This document shows, piece by piece, positions 29,601 through 38,342 of a stretch of DNA of 64,000 nucleotides (position 1 is its first letter; each line of letters begins with the position of its first letter). The notes beneath the pieces were generated by a model, which was given only the letters and a program-made list of their open reading frames with translations, ran no database searches and was not told where the DNA came from. The translations under genes and the position numbers were made by a program. Source of the stretch: an uncultured bacterium (GTDB lineage: Bacteria; Desulfobacterota; Binatia; HRBIN30; CADEER01); NCBI GenBank assembly GCA_965651925.1, contig CBFGUK010000001.1, forward strand, positions 3,396-67,395. The letters are read 5' to 3'.

Positions 29601-29875
29601 CCGAGGGCCAGCCAGCGCTCGAAGCCGTCCGTGCCGAAGGCCGTCCAGACCTGGGCGGCGCGCCGGTAGAAGCGCTGCGCGAGCACCGCCGAGACGGCCG
29701 CGAGGCGATCGCCGTCGGCGAGCAGCCGGGCATGCACCGCCGGGCCGAGCGCCTGCGCGGCGGCGTGCGCGGCGGCGCCGTCGGGATCGTCGAGCAGGTG
29801 GCTGCCGAGCCACACGCCGCGCAGCGCGTCCGGCTTGCGGTCAGCCATGGTGCGGCGGGCGTGCCGTGCCGGCAC
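26654..29875 (-). CDS. CbbO/NorD-like protein: long helical N-terminal region plus C-terminal von Willebrand factor A domain (MIDAS DMSASTDE); 1073 aa
   Basis: C-terminal ~230 aa matches the NorD/CbbO vWA domain (LFLVDMSAS...LLSDGFPQDYDYG...CITVDKAGHDYL). Start is either GTG 29873-75 or ATG 29836-38. Confidence 0.75.
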   Translation of the reverse strand: MPARHARRTMADRKPDALRGVWLGSHLLDDPDGAAAHAAAQALGPAVHARLLADGDRLAAVSAVLAQRFYRRAAQVWTAFGTDGFERWLALGERLATDEPLCRDGAVAFFTVSPAAFGRGGLETAAAWCALGRELAATSGKLAAIFFRSTSSLLRRADGLARLRDWVAIGGDLYGQRGWQGEFLAQSYFAAAPHAVLALAPAAYRLWAGAGAALLPAVKEREFFGALPRSVQGWTADEQCALLRTVIALAPAAPRDALALYRALPDALAPLDGAERGALLDVLHQAARRVAGPVAEVAPVAGALLLQVPSAHRLEGLGELARVAAACPAAVVAALRSLPRVYEDADPPRVREWFDVGLTLAADNPDAGLAFFALESRTSRKTLRASSIAATLEEAQGLLRKYVQMLSGASASIRAFDVMRLRPPLEEFPGENEIALPLRIDWLGTHEDNLRLYRFLAAQLAGRREFGTYAFTDPAAPADPELPPGGDLFRFVTDPDRPEALEELFLLAEGVRVHHRLCAEYRGLAAEGRWVAERLLERWAMQPAPPRTGRLDAVFCLVLRGAAPGPLPRWLDEPGARLIARCVAPLAAPEATVGDALRVAESLAGALAAAQPAYVESDRDLDGFALDRLTGDALLDMYGDDEGPALAGTAPHTEAAPPGGEPIADEADRPSLQLSPDELEGAGGAQPLSAEEIQRLLESGNLKITQGTGQEVEGLGLFITDLIGKLPSEQLDALRELLGDGDAGGRRIARRLRAEDSAGEHFAYDEWDYHIGDYRSGWCRLYELSVAGDSGEFFNRALGDYARLIPEVRRQFQRVRPEMYRTVRGLEDGEDFDLNAAIAARIDRRAGQAPSSRVYVARKREERDVATLFLVDMSASTDEPFESPATTGAPRGGGGRARRIIDVTKETLVIMAEALEEIGDAYAIYGFSGHGRDRVEVYRVKSFSESLSATVKGRLGGIEPKRSTRMGTALRHAIEKLGAVTARVKHLFLLSDGFPQDYDYGQDRRSNVYGIRDTAVALREAEAAGVTPFCITVDKAGHDYLRQMCDETRYMVIEDITALPRELPKIYQRVVRA

Positions 29876-29923
29876 GCGGCGACCAGCGGGCGGCGTGCGG
29901 GCCCCCTGCCGCGCGCCGGCGCA

Positions 29924-30733
29924 TCAGCCCCCGAAGATCGAGCCGACGAGCTCGTCGATCGCGCGCTGACTCTCGAGATCGTCGGTGAGCGACTTCGCCA
30001 CCGAGACCTGGCAGGCGCGGCGCGCCGGCACGCCGCGCGCGATGAGCTGCCCGGCATAGACGAGCAGGCGCGTGCTGACCCCTTCCTCGAGCCCGCTCGC
30101 CTTCAGGTGGCGCACCTTCTCGCCGAGCTTGGCGAGATCCATCGCCACCTCGAGCGGCGCGCCGCTCTCGTGCGCGATGACCTGCGCCTCCTTGTCGCGC
30201 GGCGGGTAGTCGAAGTCGATGGTGACGAACCGCTGCCGCGTCGAGTGCTTCAGGTCCTTGAGCACGCTCTGGTAGCCGGGGTTGTAGGAGATCACGAGCA
30301 GGAAATCGGGGTGCGCCTCGATGATCTCGCCGCGCTTGTCGATCGGCAGGATGCGGCGGTGGTCGGTGAGCGGGTGGATGAGCACCGTCGTGTCCTTACG
30401 CGCCTCGACGATCTCGTCGAGGTAGCAGAACGTCCCGGCGCGCACCGCCTGGGTGAGCGGCCCGTCGACCCAGACGGTCTCGTCGCCCTTGATCAGGTAG
30501 CGGCCGACGAGATCGCTGCCGGTGAGGTCCTCGTGGCAGGCGACGGTGATCAGGTTGCCGGCGATGCCGTGTTCGCCGCGCCCGCGCAGCGTGTGCGCCA
30601 TGTACTCGACGAAGCGCGTCTTGCCGCAGCCGGTCGGACCCTTGAGCAGGATCGGCAGGCGGCAGGCATAGGCGGCCTCGAAGATCGCCACCTCGTCGCC
30701 GATCGGCAGGTAATACGGCTGCGGCTCGCTCAC
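29924..30733 (-). CDS. CbbQ/NorQ/NirQ/GvpN-family MoxR-type AAA+ ATPase
   Basis: [46 protein letters not shown] (Walker A) and [13 protein letters not shown] (Walker B); start overlaps the stop of the upstream gene (ATGA). Confidence 0.85.
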   Translation of the reverse strand: MSEPQPYYLPIGDEVAIFEAAYACRLPILLKGPTGCGKTRFVEYMAHTLRGRGEHGIAGNLITVACHEDLTGSDLVGRYLIKGDETVWVDGPLTQAVRAGTFCYLDEIVEARKDTTVLIHPLTDHRRILPIDKRGEIIEAHPDFLLVISYNPGYQSVLKDLKHSTRQRFVTIDFDYPPRDKEAQVIAHESGAPLEVAMDLAKLGEKVRHLKASGLEEGVSTRLLVYAGQLIARGVPARRACQVSVAKSLTDDLESQRAIDELVGSIFGG

Positions 30734-31857
30734 GGCGTGATCGTCTCCATGGTCTCCCCCGACTGGGCGTCGACCAGCACGACGGTGATCGCCGTGCCGC
30801 CGCCGTGCAGCGCCGCCGCGTCGCGCACGCCGCCACGCAGGCGGTCGATGAACTTGTCGCGTACCGGTCCCGGCATGCTCTGCATCGGGAACTCGCGCAG
30901 CACGACGCGCACCGCGTCCTCGGCGGGCCAGTCGATGCGCTCGATGCGCGAGCCGGCGATCGGATGGCCGCGGAAGACCTTCTCGACGTCGCCGCGCAGC
31001 GTGCTGCCCGGCGTCGGGGCACCCGCGTCACCGGGAGCGGCCGGCGCGCTCAGCCGGGCGAGCAGGGCATCGATCCGCCGGCGCGTCGGATCGTCCGGGG
31101 CGATCTCGCGCGCCCGGCGCAGCGCCGCGAGCGCCGCGGCATCATCGCCTTTGGCGCGCTGGGCGAGCGCGAGATTGAACTGCGCCTGGAAGAAATCGGG
31201 GTCGCTGCGCAGCACGGCCTGATAGGCCTCGAGCGCCTCGTCGACCTGGCGGTCGGCGAGCAGCATCGTCGCGAGGTCGGTCTGCACGCTGAGGTCGTCG
31301 GGCTTCACGGCCAGATAGCGGCGGTAGAACTCCATCGCGCGCTTCGGCTCGTTGCGGTCGTAGGCGATGTTCCCCAAGCCCCGCAGCGCATCGGGATCCT
31401 CGGGCGCCGCGTCGAGGATGTGCGTGTAGGTCGCGGTCGCGTCGGTGAGATAGGCGGGATCGACCTGCCCGGCGCGATACTGCACGAAGCCGAGCTGGCG
31501 CCAGGCCTCGAGATCCTGCGGCTTTTCCTTCGCAGTCTCGACCATCTTCGCGATCACGTTGCGGACGTCGGCCGGCACCTCGAGCGGCGGGTGATCGGCC
31601 GGCATCGGCGCGCCCGACCCCGCGGTCCGCGGCGGGGGAACGTTCGGCGGATTCGCGTTCAGGCGGCCGACGGCGACCGCCACCGCCCCGACGACGAGCA
31701 CGCTCGCGACGACGAACAGCGGTGCGGCGCGGACGGCGAATCGCGGGCGACGGGCCGGTGCGCCGGTCCCGCCACCGACCGGGCGGCCGCACGCCGTGCA
31801 GAAGCGCGCGCTGGCCGGCAAGGCGGTGCCGCACTCGGTACAGAATCGATCAGCCAT
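30730..31857 (-). CDS. Zinc-ribbon / TM / TPR-repeat protein (375 aa), first gene of the operon ahead of the CbbQ-like and CbbO-like genes
   Basis: [28 protein letters not shown] (double CxxC zinc ribbon), hydrophobic segment [24 protein letters not shown], then TPR-like repeats ([33 protein letters not shown]...). Confidence 0.6.
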   Translation of the reverse strand: MADRFCTECGTALPASARFCTACGRPVGGGTGAPARRPRFAVRAAPLFVVASVLVVGAVAVAVGRLNANPPNVPPPRTAGSGAPMPADHPPLEVPADVRNVIAKMVETAKEKPQDLEAWRQLGFVQYRAGQVDPAYLTDATATYTHILDAAPEDPDALRGLGNIAYDRNEPKRAMEFYRRYLAVKPDDLSVQTDLATMLLADRQVDEALEAYQAVLRSDPDFFQAQFNLALAQRAKGDDAAALAALRRAREIAPDDPTRRRIDALLARLSAPAAPGDAGAPTPGSTLRGDVEKVFRGHPIAGSRIERIDWPAEDAVRVVLREFPMQSMPGPVRDKFIDRLRGGVRDAAALHGGGTAITVVLVDAQSGETMETITP

Positions 31858-31974
31858 GAACGATCGGGTCACGCTACCAAGTCGGTCCGGGGCTGCCAAT
31901 CGGGGCGCGCATTGGACGAGCGCAGGCATCCGTGTACAGTCGGGCGTTGCGAGTTCAGGGAGGACGAGGAACCA

Positions 31975-32535
31975 ATGCGTCGAGGATGGTCGTTGGCCGG
32001 GGTTCTGCTGGCCCTGTGTTTCAGCTCGTGCACGTGCAGCAGCAGCACCCCGGAAGTGCCGAAACCGACCCCCGTGGCACGCGGCGGCTGGATGGGGAAG
32101 CCCTCGCCGCGCTCGCTGCCCGATCGCGGCCCGGGCATGGCCGTGACCCCGGGTGATGTCGAGGCGCGCGAGGCACCGACGCCGCCACCGACGCCCGAGC
32201 AGGCGGTCCTTCCCGACGACTTCCCGTCCGACGTGCCGGTCTTCGAGGGCGCCGAGGTCGCGGCCGTGCAGAAGCTCGCCAATGGCGCCAGCAACGTCGT
32301 CTTCACCGTCGAGGATGCCGACGCGCCGCAGGTGTTCAGCTTCTACAAGAACGACATGCGCGGCAACGGCTGGGACGTGGAGCAGGAGTACGAGGGCAAG
32401 GAACAGTCGTTCCTCTCGTTCAAGAAGGGCAACACGATCACCAACGTCAGCGTGACGAAGGACCCGAAATCCGGGAAGCGGGTCGTCGCGGTGATGTACT
32501 ACGACGAGCAGCCGCTGCCGTTCGACGAGTTCTGA
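31975..32535 (+). CDS. Putative lipoprotein / secreted protein (186 aa)
   Basis: RBS GGGAGGACGAGGAACCAATG; signal MRRGWSLAGVLLALCFSSC (Cys for possible lipidation); Pro-rich linker then a small globular domain. Confidence 0.55.
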   Translation: MRRGWSLAGVLLALCFSSCTCSSSTPEVPKPTPVARGGWMGKPSPRSLPDRGPGMAVTPGDVEAREAPTPPPTPEQAVLPDDFPSDVPVFEGAEVAAVQKLANGASNVVFTVEDADAPQVFSFYKNDMRGNGWDVEQEYEGKEQSFLSFKKGNTITNVSVTKDPKSGKRVVAVMYYDEQPLPFDEF

Positions 32536-32548
32536 GGACGGCACCGGG

Positions 32549-34123
32549 GTGCGGCCCCTCGCGCCGGGCCTCTGTGCCCTGCTGCTGATCCTGGTGCCGG
32601 TCGCGGCACCGGTCGGCGCCACGACGGTGGTGCCGATGCGCGTCCCGGAGCTGACCGCGGCCTCGATCGGCGCGGTGCGCGGCCAGGTGCTGCGCATCGC
32701 CTCCGCCGCCGCCCCCGTTTCGGGGGCGATCTCGACCTACATCACCCTGCTCGTCGACGAGGTACTGTTCGGCCCGTTCGCGCCCGGCGAGCTCGTGCTG
32801 CGCGAGCTCGGCGGGCGCGTCGGCGGGCGCGCCGAGCGGGTCTTCGGCCAGCCGGAGTATTCCGTCGGCGAACGCGTGCTCGTCTTCCTCAGCCGCCACG
32901 CCGACGGCACGCTGCGCACCACCGAGATGAGCCTCGGCAAGCTCAGGCTGCGCGACGCATTCGGCGGCACGCGCGCGCAGCGCACGCGCGTCCCCGGCGT
33001 GCGCACCCTCGTGTCCAAGTCGGTGGCCATCGATCTGCCGTATGCCACCCTGCGCGAGCGCATCCGCCGCGCCGCCCCATCCGCGGGCACGCGGCTGCCG
33101 ATCGTCCAGCGCCCGGAGCTCGGCGGTCTGCGCCTCGAGGTGCAGCCGGCGTTCCGGCTGCTGCAGCCGTTCTCCCGCTGGTTCGAGCCCGACGCGGGCA
33201 TGCCGGTCGGTTTCCTCGTCGACACCACCGGCGACGCGACGCTCGGCGCCGCGGTGTCCCGCGCGGCCGTCGGCGCCGGCCTCGCGGCCTGGAGCGGACT
33301 GCCGTTCTCGCCGCTCTCCCTGTACGACGCCGGCGACACCGATCCGGCGCCGTTCCCCAACTGCCCGAGCGCGAGCCGCATCGTGTTCAACGATCCGTTC
33401 GAGGAGATGGGCGATCCGCACAACTGCCGCGGCACGCTGGCGATCGGCGGCTTCTGCGAGAACCCCGAGGACACCATCGTCGTCGGGCCGCGCACGTTCC
33501 AGCGCATCACCGCGGGCAAGGTGACGTTCAACGACGGCTGGGGCGGCTGCCCGATCTGGACGCCGTGCAACCTCGCCGAGATCGCCACCCACGAAATCGG
33601 CCATACCCTGGGCTTCAACCACTCCGAGGATCCCACCGCCACGATGGCGGAGGTGGCGCATTTCGACGGCCGCTGCTCCTCCCTCGCCGAGGACGACCGC
33701 GACGCCGTGCTGGCGGTGTATCCCTTCCCGCCCTCGCCGAGCGCCACGCCGACGGTCACCGACACGCCGGCGCCGACCACCACGCCGAGCGTGACCGCCA
33801 CGCCCTCGCGCACCGGCACGATCACGCGCACGCCGTCGCGCACGCTCACGCCGACGCGTACGGCATCGCGGACGCGGACGGCGACGCCGACCCGTACCCC
33901 CCCGCCGACGCGCACGGCGACCGGCCCGACCCGCACGCCGACGGCGACGGCGACCGTCACCGCACCACCGACGGGCACCCCCAGCGCCACCGCCACGCGG
34001 ACACCATCTCCCCCGGCCTCACCGACAGCCACCGTCACCGTCACGCCGCGTCCGCCACGGCCCTGGATCGCCGTGGTGGCCGAGGCGTTGCGCCGGACGC
34101 TCGAGCGCTCGGACGCGCCGTGA
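32549..34123 (+). CDS. Secreted metzincin (matrixin/M10-like) zinc metalloprotease with C-terminal Thr/Pro-rich linker
   Basis: GTG start, signal peptide. HEIGHTLGFNHS (HExxHxxGxxH) is followed by the TMA Met-turn. Paralogous to 34440..37055. Confidence 0.75.
   Translation: MRPLAPGLCALLLILVPVAAPVGATTVVPMRVPELTAASIGAVRGQVLRIASAAAPVSGAISTYITLLVDEVLFGPFAPGELVLRELGGRVGGRAERVFGQPEYSVGERVLVFLSRHADGTLRTTEMSLGKLRLRDAFGGTRAQRTRVPGVRTLVSKSVAIDLPYATLRERIRRAAPSAGTRLPIVQRPELGGLRLEVQPAFRLLQPFSRWFEPDAGMPVGFLVDTTGDATLGAAVSRAAVGAGLAAWSGLPFSPLSLYDAGDTDPAPFPNCPSASRIVFNDPFEEMGDPHNCRGTLAIGGFCENPEDTIVVGPRTFQRITAGKVTFNDGWGGCPIWTPCNLAEIATHEIGHTLGFNHSEDPTATMAEVAHFDGRCSSLAEDDRDAVLAVYPFPPSPSATPTVTDTPAPTTTPSVTATPSRTGTITRTPSRTLTPTRTASRTRTATPTRTPPPTRTATGPTRTPTATATVTAPPTGTPSATATRTPSPPASPTATVTVTPRPPRPWIAVVAEALRRTLERSDAP
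33735..34050 (+). repeat. Coding Thr/Pro-linker repeat (PTVTDTPAPTTTPSVTATPSRTGTITRTPSRTLTPTRTASRTRTATPTRTPPPTRT...)
   Basis: Nucleotide-level acg/ccg/acc tandem repetition. Confidence 0.65.
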
Positions 34124-34439
34124 AGCGGCCAGCCGCGGTGTCGATCCGCGGCCGCGAAGCCCGTGCAGGCGGGTCGGCAACCGACAGCGGAACTGCGCCG
34201 TCTACGCCTTTTTCAGATGACGCCGGGCGCGCATGCGAGCCCGCACGGCGCGGCACCGCGTTTCGCATCGCATCCCGCACAGCATCCTCGCAGGACGCAC
34301 AGCACCCGCCACGGACGAAAATTGTCCCCATAACGGTTGGATGATTTTGTGACGCACCGCGGCAGAGCCGACGAGCGAACGGATGTTCACCCGCTGCGCG
34401 TGCAGCGTGTGGCACATCGCTCGCTCTACCGGGCGGCAT

Positions 34440-37055
34440 ATGACCCGGATCACAGAAGGCAAAGGGCGCGTCGGGTGGGCCGTAGTGGCGCTGGTGCTCC
34501 TCGCCTTCGGCCGTGTCGAGGCGAGCACGTTCGTGCTCATGGACGAAGCCGATCTCGCCGCGCGATCGGTCGCGGCGGTCCGGGGCACGGTGACCGAGAT
34601 CACCTCCGGGATCGACGGCGCCGGCGACGGCGTGCACACCTACGTGCGCATCGCGCCGCAGCAGGTCGTCCTCGGCGCGCTGCCCGCCGGCGACATCGTC
34701 CTGCGCGAAACCGGCGGCCGCGTCGACGGCCTCAGCGAGTGGGTCTTCGGCAGCCCGGAGTATCACGTCGGCGAGGAGGTGCTGGTCTTCGTCAGCGCCA
34801 CCGGCGACGGCACGCTGCACACCACCGGCCTGGCGATGGGCAAGTTCTCCGTCAGCCGCGACGCGACCGGCCGCATCCGGGCGATTCGCCGCCTCGGCGA
34901 GGGCGTCTCCGTCTGGGATCCGCAGACCGGAACGTTCGAGGAGGCGCCCGGCGATGAGGAATACGATCTCGACGCGATGCAGCGCGCGCTGCGCGACGCG
35001 GCCGGGCGGCTGACGACCAAGTCGCGGCGCCAGGCGACCGCGGTGCGCGCGCTGCCGGTGGAGATGACCCGGCTGCGGATGCGCGAGCAGCACGCGGCGT
35101 TCACGTACCTCAGCACGCCCTCGCGCTGGTTCGAGCCCGACGAGGCGCAGCCGATCGCCTTTCTGATCGACGGCACGGGAGACGTCGGGCTCGGTCCGGT
35201 CACGTCGCGGCAGGCGATCACCGACGCGTTCGCCGCCTGGACCAACGTGCCGAATTCCGACCTGACGCTGATCGACGGCGGCACGCTCGCCGCGCCGGTC
35301 ACGTTCGCGGGGTGCAGCGGCGGCAACCGCGTCATGTTCAACGACCCGTTCAACGAAATCGCGGACCCGAGCGGCTGCAGCGGCGTACTCGCCATCGGCG
35401 GCTTCTGCGCGTCATCGGAGACGCGGGTCATCAACGGGACGAACTTCCGCCGCATCCGCGTCGGCAAGGTCACCTTCAACAACGGCTGGTCGAAGTGCGG
35501 CGGCTGGGGCCGCTGCAGCGTCGCCGAGGTGGCGACGCACGAGCTCGGCCACACGCTCGGCTTCGGCCACTCGCCCGATCCCGGCGCGACGATGTACGCC
35601 AGCGCGCACTTCGACGGCCGCTGCGCTGCGCTGCGCCAGGATGATCTCAACGCCGTCGCCTTCGTCTATCCGAGCCTCGCCAGCCCGACGCCGACGCGCA
35701 CGTTCACGCCACTGCCGCCGACGCCGACCGCGACGCGCACCCGCACCGCCACGGCGACGGTGCCGACGCCGACCGTTCCGCCACCGACCGCGACCCGCAC
35801 GGCCACCCGCACGGCGACCGCGACCATCCCGCCGGCGACGGCGACGGTCACGCCGACCGTCCCGACACCGACCGCCACGGCGACCCGCACGCCGACCGCA
35901 ACCGTTCCCACCGCCACCGCGACCGCCACCCGCACGGTGCCGCCGACGGCGACCACGACCCCGACCCGCAGCATGACCGCGACGCGGACGGCGACGCGCA
36001 CGCGCACGGCTACCCGGACCGCGACGATCCCGCCGACGGCGACCCGCACCGCGACGGCGACCCACACCGCGGTGCCGCCGACCGCGACGGCCACGCCGCT
36101 GCGCATCTCGGTGCGCGGGCGCGTGCGGTACTACGCCGGCGGCCAGGGGGTGCCGGGCGTGACCATGACCCTGCGCGGCCAGATGGTCGCCGCGGTGGAT
36201 ACAGGGATCACGGGCGAGTACGCGTTCGACGCCGTGCCGGCCGGCAGGTTCTGCGAGGTCGCGGCGAACAAGGCGCGCGACTTCGGCAACGCCGTCTCAC
36301 CGCTCGATGCCGCGTTCGTCCTGCAGCACGTCGCCCGGCTGCGTGCGCTCGATAGCGATCAGCAGCTCGCCTGCGACGTCACCGGCGACGGCACGGTGAG
36401 CACGCTCGATGCGGCACGGCTGCTCGAGTTCAGCGTCGGCGCAATGGCGCGCATGCCGCTCGCCGAGCTGTGCGACGGCGACTGGCTGTTCGTCCCCGAT
36501 CCGGAACCGGCAGTGCAGCCACTCGCCATCTCGCCGTCGATCGACGGCGGCCACTGCGAGGCCGGCAAGATCATGCTCGAGGATCTGCTCACTGAAGCCG
36601 AGGAGCAGAACTTCCGCGCGCTGCTGATCGGTGATTGCACCGGCAACTGGCAGACCGGCGCCGGGGCTGCGCTGCGCGCACGCGCCGGTCGCGGAACCCC
36701 GGTCGTGCGGCTCGGCCGTGTCGTCGTCCGCGACGGCGTGGCGAGAGTCCCTGTCCACGTACGTGCGCGCGGCGGCTTCACCGCCCTCGACCTGCACCTG
36801 CGCTACGATGCCGCCGCCCTCACACCGGCCGCGGCGCAGCTGCGCCGCCCGGCGGACAGCGCCATCATCAGCATGCACGCCCCGGAGCCCGGCACGCTGC
36901 GGGTCGCGCTCGCGAGCGGCACGGTGCTCGACCGGCGCCGCGGTTCGCCGCTGCTGATCGAGTTTGCCGTCGCCGGCTCCCCCGCGAACACGGCGGTGCA
37001 GCTCGATGCGGCGTTCGTCGACGAGGCGCCCGCGACCCTCCGCGCGGTGCGCTGA
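34440..37055 (+). CDS. Secreted multidomain metzincin protease: M10-like catalytic domain, Thr/Pro linker, CarbopepD-reg-like beta domain, dockerin-like EF-hand loop and C-terminal cohesin-like domain
   Basis: Signal peptide MTRITEGKGRVGWAVVALVLLAFG; HELGHTLGFGHS with Met-turn ATMYAS; DVTGDGTVSTLDAARLLEF dockerin-like loop; C-terminal VVRLGRVVVRDGVARVPVHVRARGGFTALDLHLRYDAAAL cohesin-like. Confidence 0.7.
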   Translation: MTRITEGKGRVGWAVVALVLLAFGRVEASTFVLMDEADLAARSVAAVRGTVTEITSGIDGAGDGVHTYVRIAPQQVVLGALPAGDIVLRETGGRVDGLSEWVFGSPEYHVGEEVLVFVSATGDGTLHTTGLAMGKFSVSRDATGRIRAIRRLGEGVSVWDPQTGTFEEAPGDEEYDLDAMQRALRDAAGRLTTKSRRQATAVRALPVEMTRLRMREQHAAFTYLSTPSRWFEPDEAQPIAFLIDGTGDVGLGPVTSRQAITDAFAAWTNVPNSDLTLIDGGTLAAPVTFAGCSGGNRVMFNDPFNEIADPSGCSGVLAIGGFCASSETRVINGTNFRRIRVGKVTFNNGWSKCGGWGRCSVAEVATHELGHTLGFGHSPDPGATMYASAHFDGRCAALRQDDLNAVAFVYPSLASPTPTRTFTPLPPTPTATRTRTATATVPTPTVPPPTATRTATRTATATIPPATATVTPTVPTPTATATRTPTATVPTATATATRTVPPTATTTPTRSMTATRTATRTRTATRTATIPPTATRTATATHTAVPPTATATPLRISVRGRVRYYAGGQGVPGVTMTLRGQMVAAVDTGITGEYAFDAVPAGRFCEVAANKARDFGNAVSPLDAAFVLQHVARLRALDSDQQLACDVTGDGTVSTLDAARLLEFSVGAMARMPLAELCDGDWLFVPDPEPAVQPLAISPSIDGGHCEAGKIMLEDLLTEAEEQNFRALLIGDCTGNWQTGAGAALRARAGRGTPVVRLGRVVVRDGVARVPVHVRARGGFTALDLHLRYDAAALTPAAAQLRRPADSAIISMHAPEPGTLRVALASGTVLDRRRGSPLLIEFAVAGSPANTAVQLDAAFVDEAPATLRAVR
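35690..36100 (+). repeat. Coding Thr/Pro/Ala-linker repeat (PTPTRTFTPLPPTPTATRTRTATATVPTPTVPPPTATRTATRTATATIPPATATVTPTVPTPTATATRTPTAT...)
   Basis: Long run of acg/ccg/gcg codon repeats; the opposite strands yield Arg-rich artefact ORFs. Confidence 0.65.
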
Positions 37056-37072
37056 GCGCGCACGCTTCCCCG

Positions 37073-37468
37073 TCAGCGCACGGTCACGAGGACACCGCGC
37101 TGGCGGGGGCCGTCGAGCTCGACGAGCATCACCGCCTGCCAGCGACCGAGCTGCAGACGACCCGCCCGCACCGGGATGGTCTCGCCCGGGCCGAGCAGCG
37201 CCGCCTTGATGTGCGCCGCGCCGTTCCCGTCGATCCGGTCATGACGCCACTGCCCCTCGGGAACGAGGCGCGCCAGGGCATCGAGCAGATCGTCGCACAG
37301 GTTCGGATCGTCGTTCTCGTTGATCACCACCGCCGCGGTCGCGTGCGGGACGTAGACCGAGCAGAGTCCCTCGGCGAGCCCGGCCTCGGTGACCACCCGT
37401 GCGACCTCGGCCGTGAGGTCGACGACTTCGTACTGGCGTTGCGTCCGGATACTCAGCTCGCGCTGCAT
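37073..37468 (-). CDS. YjbQ-family (UPF0047) secondary thiamine-phosphate synthase-like protein
   Basis: 131 aa, VVDLTAEV...CSVYVPHATAAVVINENDDP...DGNGAAHIKAALLGPGETIPV, typical YjbQ. Confidence 0.75.
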   Translation of the reverse strand: MQRELSIRTQRQYEVVDLTAEVARVVTEAGLAEGLCSVYVPHATAAVVINENDDPNLCDDLLDALARLVPEGQWRHDRIDGNGAAHIKAALLGPGETIPVRAGRLQLGRWQAVMLVELDGPRQRGVLVTVR

Positions 37469-37481
37469 CGGCCGCGCCCGC

Positions 37482-38222
37482 TCACATCCACGCGCCCCCG
37501 TCGACGCGCAGGATCTTGCCGGTCACGAAGCCCGCATCGTCGCTCGCCAGGTACACCGCGGCGCGGCCGACATCCTCGGGCTGCCCGGCACGGCCGAGCG
37601 GGATGCCGCTGAGCAGCGCGTCGCCGTAGTGCTTGAGCAGGCGCGAGCCCATGTCCGTCTCGATCAGCCCGGGTGCGATGCAGTTCACCCGCACGCCCGC
37701 CGGCGCACACTCGCGGGCGAGCGACTTCGTCAGCGCATTCACGCCGGCCTTGGCCACGTAGTACGGCGCCCCGAGCGGGCCGCAGGCGTCGGCACCGATG
37801 GACGAGACGAGGATGATGGTGCCGCGGCGCTGATCGACGAGGTGCTTCGCGGTTGCCTTGCAGGTGTGGAACACGCCGTTGAGGTTGACGTCGAGCACGC
37901 GGTGCCAGTGCTCGAGGTCCATGTCCCACACCGTCTGTGTCCGCGAGGCGATGCCGGAGTTGGCGACGACGATGTCGAGGCCGCCGAGGACTTCGAGCGT
38001 CTCGGCCACCAGGCGCTCGACCTGTGGCCATTCCGCGACGTCCGCCTGCACGGCGATCGCCCGACACCCGAGGCGCTCGATCTCGCCGACCGTCGCCCGT
38101 GCGGCGTCGGCGTCGCGCCGGTAATTGACGGCGACGTCGGCCCCCTCGCGCGCGAGCTCGATCGCAATGCCGCGGCCGATACCTCGCGATGCCCCGGTTA
38201 CCAGCGCGATCCGCCCCGCGAG
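37482..38222 (-). CDS. SDR-family NAD(P)-dependent oxidoreductase (3-oxoacyl-ACP reductase-like)
   Basis: MGRLAGRIALVTGASRGIGRGIA (TGxxxGxG), NSGI, YxxxK (YYVAKAG). The longer annotated N-terminus is non-conserved. Confidence 0.8.
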   Translation of the reverse strand, partial: LAGRIALVTGASRGIGRGIAIELAREGADVAVNYRRDADAARATVGEIERLGCRAIAVQADVAEWPQVERLVAETLEVLGGLDIVVANSGIASRTQTVWDMDLEHWHRVLDVNLNGVFHTCKATAKHLVDQRRGTIILVSSIGADACGPLGAPYYVAKAGVNALTKSLARECAPAGVRVNCIAPGLIETDMGSRLLKHYGDALLSGIPLGRAGQPEDVGRAAVYLASDDAGFVTGKILRVDGGAWM

Positions 38223-38342
38223 ACGACCCATGGGCGCGACCCTACTGGGCGTTCCACGGGCAGACAAGCCGTCGCGCGCGCACCGCACACCGCTCTGGAG
38301 GGCGCCGACTGCCACCGGCGCCCCCCTGACGCACGTCTTGCC

